64,000 nucleotides of DNA from Thermoanaerobaculia bacterium (GTDB taxonomy: Bacteria > Acidobacteriota > Thermoanaerobaculia > Multivoradales > UBA5704): positions 2,240-66,239 of the forward strand of contig DATLNC010000143.1 in the NCBI GenBank assembly GCA_035536935.1. The letters run 5' to 3'. How positions within the stretch are numbered: position 1 is the first letter of the stretch; every line of letters starts with the position of its first letter. Position numbers and translations under genes: made by a program. The notes under the pieces are model-generated. The model was not told the DNA's origin. It did no database searches and saw only the letters and a program-made list of their open reading frames with translations. This document shows positions 35,838 through 41,869 of this stretch, one piece after another.

Positions 35838-37220
35838 ATGAGAAGGAACTGGTACTTGCTCGCTTTGAATCTCGTGCTGCTGGCCATGCCCGCCGGAGCG
35901 GACGTGCTGGGCAGTAAAAAGGTATCCAGGATCTATGAGACCGCTGGAGCCTGGTGCCAGATCCCCTACAGCAATCGTAGCGACTTCGGCGGGCCAGTGG
36001 TACAACCCGTTTCGGAGCTCTTGGTCTTCGAGGCTACCGGGACGGCCGCGACGATCGTTCTCGAGGCGAAAAACCTGACCAACAATGGCGCATGGCAGGC
36101 CAATGCGATCGACAACTTCGTGGTGGCCAGGAGCGACGTCTTCCCAATCGATACGCTCTGGCAGGACGGAGGATGCTTCTCCAGCCTGCCGGTGTACTTC
36201 AACTTCCCCCAGCTCGAAAACGATCCGCGGATTCACTTCGCCGACCCTTTCATCAACGCTCCCCGGCCGGAATGGACGGGGCTCGGAGCCCCGGGACCCC
36301 ATTGGGTCCTTGCTTCGTCCAACCTGCCGTACTTTTCTCTCCACCCCAATCAGGAGAACGGCGCGCTGCGCTTTGCCGATAGCAACGGCCCCGCCATCCC
36401 TTCGACCAGCATAACCCTGACGGATCTCATTCCGGGTGAAGAATACGGGATCTCTTTCTGGTGGTACACGTCAATACCCGAACCGGGCTCGCGGCCCGAG
36501 ATCTCCATCCTGGTTTTGGACACTCCCCGCCTCACGGGCAGCCCACGGTCCGACACGATCACCGCACCGGCGGGTCTCCAGGCATGGGACTACTTCTATG
36601 TCGACGTTCCCGAAGGTGCAGAGAATCTGCAGGTCGACCTCTATGGCCTGTCTGCGGACGCCGACCTCTACATGCGCTATGGGGACAGGCCCGGTCCTGG
36701 TCTACCGATGGACTGCGCTTCCCTGGAAGGGAGAACGGAAAAGGACCAGTGTTGGTTTTCTCTTCCCGCACCGGGACGTTGGTGGATCGGAGTGACCAAC
36801 TTCGATTCAGGATCGATCAATTATACGATTCAGGCGACCTGGAAAGAGAGCGGCGGCTTCTACACGATCCGGCCCTGCCGGCTCGAGGACACTCGCACCG
36901 AGTCGGGATTCCCTCTCCAATCGGGGAACGTCCACTTCCTCGAGGTCGCAGGACTGTGTCAGGTTCCCGTGTCCGCCAAAGCCGTTTCCCTGAACATCAC
37001 CGCCGTGAGTCCCTCAGGTTCCGGAGATCTGAGGTTCTGGGAAAGCGGTGTACCCGAACCTCCGACCAGCACGATCAGCTTCGCTGCCGGACAGAACCGG
37101 GGCAACAACGCGATCCTGGGGCTGCCTGCAAACGGGGCAAGGACCTTGTTGGTGAGGCCTTTCGTGACAGGCAACGGCACGGTCCACCTGATCGTCGACG
37201 TGAACGGGTATTTCCAGTAG
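35838..37220 (+). CDS. secreted protein with pre-peptidase C-terminal (PPC) domain and C-terminal CR..DTR-type beta domain
   Basis: Signal peptide MRRNWYLLALNLVLLAMPAGA. PPC-like block WDYFYVDVPEGAENLQVDLYGLSADADLYMRYG...GRWWIGVTNFDSGSINYTIQ. C-terminal PCRLEDTR...VDVNGYF. AAGAGG SD precedes the start. Confidence 0.8.
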   Translation: MRRNWYLLALNLVLLAMPAGADVLGSKKVSRIYETAGAWCQIPYSNRSDFGGPVVQPVSELLVFEATGTAATIVLEAKNLTNNGAWQANAIDNFVVARSDVFPIDTLWQDGGCFSSLPVYFNFPQLENDPRIHFADPFINAPRPEWTGLGAPGPHWVLASSNLPYFSLHPNQENGALRFADSNGPAIPSTSITLTDLIPGEEYGISFWWYTSIPEPGSRPEISILVLDTPRLTGSPRSDTITAPAGLQAWDYFYVDVPEGAENLQVDLYGLSADADLYMRYGDRPGPGLPMDCASLEGRTEKDQCWFSLPAPGRWWIGVTNFDSGSINYTIQATWKESGGFYTIRPCRLEDTRTESGFPLQSGNVHFLEVAGLCQVPVSAKAVSLNITAVSPSGSGDLRFWESGVPEPPTSTISFAAGQNRGNNAILGLPANGARTLLVRPFVTGNGTVHLIVDVNGYFQ

Positions 37221-37231
37221 GCTCTGAGCCC

Positions 37232-37690
37232 ATGAGACACGGAAAGGCATGGACTCTGGCGCTGGCGCTCCTCCTCCTGGGCGGATGCGCGGGCACACGG
37301 GGGCGCGGTCCCGGCGTGCCCCTGATCACCGAGGAGGAGGCCGCGATGCCTGACGCTCCCGAGGAGCGCGACCGTCAGGTCTGCGGACCTCCGGAGATCC
37401 AGATCCGGAGCCCACTGAACGGAAGGACCTACCCGCCGCCTGTGCCGGTCGAAGTCCGGTTCATCCCGTCCAGCGGTGCCCGGATCGACCCCTCAACCAT
37501 CCGCATCGGGCTCATCAAGCTAGGGATGAAAATCGACCTTACGGAGAGAGCCCACGAGTACATCTCGGCGTCAGGGATCTCGCTGCCGAGAGCGGAGATT
37601 CCCACGGGAAGATACCGCGTTCAGGTCACCGTGGGAGACAGTTCCGGGAGGAAATGCTCGGAGACGGTCCAGTTCACTGTGGCTCCCTGA
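37232..37690 (+). CDS. small lipoprotein, hypothetical
   Basis: 152 aa with lipobox LLLGGC. The start is 11 nt after the preceding stop. Confidence 0.7.
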   Translation: MRHGKAWTLALALLLLGGCAGTRGRGPGVPLITEEEAAMPDAPEERDRQVCGPPEIQIRSPLNGRTYPPPVPVEVRFIPSSGARIDPSTIRIGLIKLGMKIDLTERAHEYISASGISLPRAEIPTGRYRVQVTVGDSSGRKCSETVQFTVAP

Positions 37691-37696
37691 GACAAT

Positions 37697-38130
37697 CCAG
37701 ACGGAGCCGCTCTGAAGATTTGCGCCGGTCTGAGCCGCTTTGATCCGCCCTGAGCTTGCTGGATCGGCTCCAAACTTTTCAGATCCGCCCCAAACTTTTT
37801 AGATCGGCCCCGAGATTCTTAGACCCGGGCTAAGAACCTTAGATCGGGCCAAATCTTCTTAGATCCAGTCCTTTGGATCTTGGAACCGATCTAAGAACTT
37901 TGGATCGGATTCAAGCCGCTCAGATCGGATCCAAGCTTCTTAGACCGGTCCCAAGAACCTCAGATCGCATCTAAAGCTTCTTAGAACCAATCTTTCGGAT
38001 TTTGGGCCGTTCAGAAAGTCCTGGATCGGATTCGAGCCGCTTGGAGCGGATCCAAGACTTTTCGGATGGGTCGAAGACTTTCCCGCCAGCTCGGAACCAT
38101 TCGGTTGGCTTCAGAGTGGCTCCAACTCTG
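37697..38130. repeat. degenerate tandem array, about 20 units of 20 bp (consensus near AGATCGGATCCAAGCTTCTT)
   Basis: AGATC/GGATC-type anchors occur at 37741, 37761, 37781, 37801, 37821, 37841, 37861, 37882, 37902, 37922, 37942, 37962, 37983, about 38003, 38023, 38043 and 38064. Spacings are 20-21. Core words occur in both orientations (CTTAGATC / GATCTAAG). The boundaries are approximate. Confidence 0.85.
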
Positions 38131-38229
38131 TCAGAAACGCCCTGGACGGCTCAGAGGCGTCCCTCGCCGCTCAGAATGGCGCCCGCCCCCCCAGCCACCC
38201 AGGGAGCCGGACTCCATGCCATGTCGCCT

Positions 38230-38589
38230 TCAGCGAACCCGGCAGTTGAGCGTGGGGGGCCAGTACCTCCCAAGCTGGCGCGGCCGGCCGGGAAGCGTCT
38301 TCGGGGCCGACGCCCGCTCACTGTTCGCGAAAGTCATCCGGGAGTCCGGGAGCCGCGACGCCCGTTCGGTCGGGAGCTGCCCTGCGCCGACAGGGACGAC
38401 CTCCGGTTGGCCGAAAGCCTCGCGCCAGAGGTCCAGGGCTTCGCAGGCCGACCCGGCGCGGCAGGCCGGCGATTGCGCGATGCGCCTCGCCAGCTCGCAC
38501 GGGTCCTCGGCCGGTTGCGGCCGGTCCGGCGCGGCGGTCGCGGTGAGAGTCGTGGTCAGCAGGAGTGCGAGAAGGAGCTTGGCTGTCAT
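38230..38589 (-). CDS. small secreted Cys-containing hypothetical protein
   Basis: Strong SD (GAGGAGGA) lies 5 nt upstream of ATG 38589. Signal peptide MTAKLLLALLLTTTLTATA. The C-terminal third runs toward the repeat array and looks non-protein-like, so the true functional length is uncertain. Confidence 0.5.
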   Translation of the reverse strand: MTAKLLLALLLTTTLTATAAPDRPQPAEDPCELARRIAQSPACRAGSACEALDLWREAFGQPEVVPVGAGQLPTERASRLPDSRMTFANSERASAPKTLPGRPRQLGRYWPPTLNCRVR

Positions 38590-38622
38590 CGTATCCTCCT
38601 CTTTGATCTGCCGGGTATTCTA

Positions 38623-39516
38623 TCAAACCTCCCGCGAAGCGAGCTTCTGGGCCGACTGAATCAACTCTTCGGCCTTTGCGGCGCTCACGGCTTCGCGGCC
38701 CTTGGCCTCGGCCGATTTCGGCCGGCTGGCGGCGGCGGCGGCGACGGTGGCGGAGGAGCTGGCCGCGAGGTCCGCCAAGCCACGGAACCCGGCTTCGGAC
38801 AGGACCCGGGCCACGGGAGGGGTGAGCCCGGGGACCGACAACAGCTCCGCCTGCGCGAGGCAGAGGCCCAGCCGCTCGCGCTCCTCCCCGAGCAGGCGCC
38901 GGAGCTCGACCCGGCTGCGCACGCGCGTCCCGGCCGACAGGAAGTCCTGGACGGAGAAGATCTGATTTTCGTGCAGCACGCGCCGCGCCTCCTGGGTCAG
39001 GCCTTCGATTGAATCCAGGCCGAGGGTCGAGAGCGGGACGCAGGCGGGCGGCGGCCCGTCCGAGCTTGGCTTCGGCAGCGGCACGAGGTCGAGCGTCAGA
39101 CGGCTGAGCGCCTCGTTTTCCCCCGGCCGGGCGAAGCGGTATCCGATCTGGCCGAGCGCATTGACGTCGACCCGCACCTGGGCCTCCAGGCGGAACTCCT
39201 TGACGGCGAAGTTGCTGACCGGGTTGTCGAGCGACGAGAGCCGGCCCTGCAGCGAGTCGACCGCTCCCTGAAGGGCGGAGGCAAGGTCGTCCGGCGAGCT
39301 CGGCGGCCGCTCGGTCGTCTCGAGCTTTTTCTTGAGCTGGAGGTTCTCCTCCGTGAGCCGCACCACCTCCCGCCGCAGCGCCGCCAGCTCCTCGCTTCCC
39401 GTCCCGGGCTCCGGCAGCAGCTCTCCATCCTTGCCCAGGGGCACGAAGATGCCGGGCCGCCCTTCGTGGACGATGAAGAAGTCCTGGAGATGCAGGTCCT
39501 TCGACAGTTCAGTCAT
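38623..39516 (-). CDS. coiled-coil protein with tandem helix-hairpin-helix (DUF4332-like) C-terminal region
   Basis: Start at ATG 39516 (MTELSKDL) rather than 39570. Coiled coil is LAALRREVVRLTEENLQLKKKLE. HhH-like units are IEGLTQEARRVLHENQIFSVQDFL and SVPGLTPPVARVLSEAGFRGLADLA. Confidence 0.65.
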   Translation of the reverse strand: MTELSKDLHLQDFFIVHEGRPGIFVPLGKDGELLPEPGTGSEELAALRREVVRLTEENLQLKKKLETTERPPSSPDDLASALQGAVDSLQGRLSSLDNPVSNFAVKEFRLEAQVRVDVNALGQIGYRFARPGENEALSRLTLDLVPLPKPSSDGPPPACVPLSTLGLDSIEGLTQEARRVLHENQIFSVQDFLSAGTRVRSRVELRRLLGEERERLGLCLAQAELLSVPGLTPPVARVLSEAGFRGLADLAASSSATVAAAAASRPKSAEAKGREAVSAAKAEELIQSAQKLASREV

Positions 39517-39526
39517 CCCGCCGGAT

Positions 39527-39706
39527 CTAGCCACCGGTGCCCTCCGAATCTGTCGTGCCCTCCTTGGCATGGCGCACGGGGAGCGACCGGGGGGTCAGCA
39601 CCAGGCGTACCCGCAGGCCGCTCGACGCCTGATAGCCGTAGAGGCCGACGCTGCCCGGATCGAGGGTCCGGCAGAGCAGCCGCGAGCCGGCGACGCTCGC
39701 CGACAT
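39527..39706 (-). CDS. possible 59-aa ORF upstream of the DUF4332-like gene
   Basis: ATG 39706 to TAG 39527-39529 (MSASVAGSRLLCRTLDPGSVGLYGYQASSGLRVRLVLTPRS...). It ends 10 nt before the next start. There is no convincing SD and it is below the ORF-track cutoff. Confidence 0.2.
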   Translation of the reverse strand: MSASVAGSRLLCRTLDPGSVGLYGYQASSGLRVRLVLTPRSLPVRHAKEGTTDSEGTGG

Positions 39707-40004
39707 CTCGATTTCGAGCGCGACGTTGGTGAACGTGTTAGTGGTCCGACGTGGCGCTCTCGATGGATTTCAGCGTCGGCGCCATGGATGCCACCAGCGG
39801 CCTGGTCTTCAACAAGACCCAATGGAGCAACAACGTCAGCGGCAGCGTTTTCTGGGGCTTCGGCGGCTGGTTCCATCAGGGCGACAGCCACATCGACAAT
39901 TCGCTGACGGTCGGAACCTCGCAACAGCAGTCGGGAGACAATCATGGCTATCGGCGATCTCAAGGATGCCAACGTCACCGGCGAGCCCGTGTTAAGGTGG
40001 TGCC

Positions 40005-41099
40005 ATGGCTACCAATGAAGCCTCCGCAGAGCGCGACCAGACGGACGAGAGCCTGCGCACCGAACGGCAAAAGACCGATCGGGCGCTGGCCGAGAGGCAC
40101 GTGGCCGAAGAGGAGGATTTGGACCTGGTGCTCGCCCGTGCCCGGGAGAGCGCGGACGCCGTCCTCACCGAGGCGCGCGCCAAGGCGGATCAGCGGCTGA
40201 ATGCGCCTTTGTCACAGACCGAGGCGACGAGCACCCTCGCCGAGGAGCGAGTGCTGGAGGACGAAGCCCTGCAGGAAGAGCGGGCCTCCGCGGATGAAAT
40301 CCTCCGCCGCGAACGCTACGAGAATGCCCGTGTCCTGTCGCGGCTGCTGCCGCTGGAGCGAGAGAAGACCGACCGATTCCTGCTGACGGAACGCGCCCGC
40401 TCCGATGACGCGCTCGCGAACCGGGACAACTTCCTCGGCCTCGTCAGCCACGACCTGCGCAATCTGCTCAGCGGAATCGTCTTGAACGCGGAGCTGCTCG
40501 CGGCGAGGGCCCCCGAAAACGAGGACGGGAGGCAGACCCTCGCCGCGACGGCGCGCATTCAACGCTACGCCGCCCGCATGAACCGGCTCATCGGAGACCT
40601 GGTCGACGTCGCCAGCATCGACGCCGGCAAGCTCGCCCTGACGCCGGCTCCCGGCGATGCGACTGCGCTGATCGCCGAGGCGATAGAGACGTTCCAAGCC
40701 GCCGCGTCAGCCAAGAGCATCTCCCTGCAGTCGGAGATGGTCGAATGCCCTCTCATGGCAGAGTTCGATCACGACCGCATGCTTCAGGTGCTGGCCAATG
40801 TCATCACGAATGCAATCAAGTTCACCCCTGAAGGCGGCAGCATCCGGATTCGTTGCGGATGCGCCGGAGAGGAGCTTCGCTTCTCCATCAGTGACACCGG
40901 ATCGGGTATCCCTTCCAACATGCTGGAGGCCATCTTCGAGCGCTTCTGGCAGGTGGGGAAGGATGATCGGAGAGGCGTGGGCCTCGGCCTCTTCATCTCC
41001 AGGTGCATCGTCGAAGCCCATGGCGGAAAGATCTGGGCGGAGAGCAAGCTCGGCGAGGGCAGCAGGATCTCCTTCACGCTCCCCGCTGCCCCGCGATAG
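40005..41099 (+). CDS. cytoplasmic sensor histidine kinase with repeated ER..TD..L N-terminal motifs
   Basis: H-box SHDLRNLL, N-box [10 protein letters not shown]1 DTGSGI, G2 GLGLFI. No TM helix. The N-terminal 140 aa contain five ER-x2-(T/S)D-x2-L-like repeats. Confidence 0.9.
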   Translation: MATNEASAERDQTDESLRTERQKTDRALAERHVAEEEDLDLVLARARESADAVLTEARAKADQRLNAPLSQTEATSTLAEERVLEDEALQEERASADEILRRERYENARVLSRLLPLEREKTDRFLLTERARSDDALANRDNFLGLVSHDLRNLLSGIVLNAELLAARAPENEDGRQTLAATARIQRYAARMNRLIGDLVDVASIDAGKLALTPAPGDATALIAEAIETFQAAASAKSISLQSEMVECPLMAEFDHDRMLQVLANVITNAIKFTPEGGSIRIRCGCAGEELRFSISDTGSGIPSNMLEAIFERFWQVGKDDRRGVGLGLFISRCIVEAHGGKIWAESKLGEGSRISFTLPAAPR

Positions 41100-41105
41100 C
41101 CTTTA

Positions 41106-41852
41106 CTAGTCGTCGTCATCATGACCGTGGTGCAGGTCGAAATCCTCCAGCAGGGCGTCGTTGTCCTGCACCAGGCCGATTCCCGGGCAGTACCTCTTCA
41201 GGCTTTCGTGCCCCGGCTCCAGGGGAGAGGTCTCGATCACTTCGACGCAGTTGTGGAAGGTGCCGGCAGGGGTCGTGACCGTCAGGCCCATGGCGGTGTG
41301 CTCGCCGCGGTCCATGGCCCCGGGGGCCCTCTCCTGGAAGTAGCGCGCGCCGAGCATGTAGCTGCCCGGCATGATGACGCCGGGCTGGGCCCCGGCGATC
41401 CCGGCCAGCCAGGCGCCCTCGTGGCTCACGATCTCGTCGTCCTCGTAGATATCGACCGCCTCGCCGAAGTAGAAGATGTCGCCGGTCTGATCGCAGCGGG
41501 CGAAGTAGTTCCGGGAGACTTCGACCAGCTCGTCGTCCACCCACTCGCGCTCCTCCACCACCCGCGTCTTGACGCGCAGCGCCTTGCCCTTGTCGGTCGT
41601 GAAGGTGATGGTGCGCTTCTGCTTGAGCACGGTGATCTGGACGACGACCTCCTCCCCGTCGTCCTCGCCTGACAGCACGAGCTGGTCGCCCGGCACGAGG
41701 CTGAAGTAGGCGTTGCGCCCGTCGGCTTCGAGCTCGCAGTCCTCGATCCGGAAGTCGGTGGTGAAGGGCGGCTCCTGGCCTCGGGCCGGGGCGGAAGTCA
41801 GAGAGGCGCACAGGGCCGCGGCAAAGATGGCTGTTCCGATTGTTCTCTTCAT
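41106..41852 (-). CDS. secreted hypothetical protein with His/Asp-rich C-terminus
   Basis: 248 aa. AGGAGG SD precedes the start. Signal peptide MKRTIGTAIFAAALCASLTSAPARG. The C-terminus ends HHGHDDDD. Confidence 0.7.
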   Translation of the reverse strand: MKRTIGTAIFAAALCASLTSAPARGQEPPFTTDFRIEDCELEADGRNAYFSLVPGDQLVLSGEDDGEEVVVQITVLKQKRTITFTTDKGKALRVKTRVVEEREWVDDELVEVSRNYFARCDQTGDIFYFGEAVDIYEDDEIVSHEGAWLAGIAGAQPGVIMPGSYMLGARYFQERAPGAMDRGEHTAMGLTVTTPAGTFHNCVEVIETSPLEPGHESLKRYCPGIGLVQDNDALLEDFDLHHGHDDDD

Positions 41853-41869
41853 CTCGTATCCTCCTTCTG

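Noticed and set aside
37697-38130. Whether the repeat arrays (also 6244-6440, 19773-20040 and 51071-51427) are CRISPR arrays.
   Set aside because: The units are contiguous and degenerate, with periods of 20, 21 or 40 bp. They are not conserved repeats separated by unique spacers of about 30 bp. No cas genes are present in the window.
39751-40200. 149-aa plus-strand ORF as a real gene.
   Set aside because: Its last about 65 codons overlap the well-supported histidine kinase gene out of frame and turn into Arg-rich junk. Only the first about 60 codons look protein-like. It is reported as a possible gene remnant in the findings instead.
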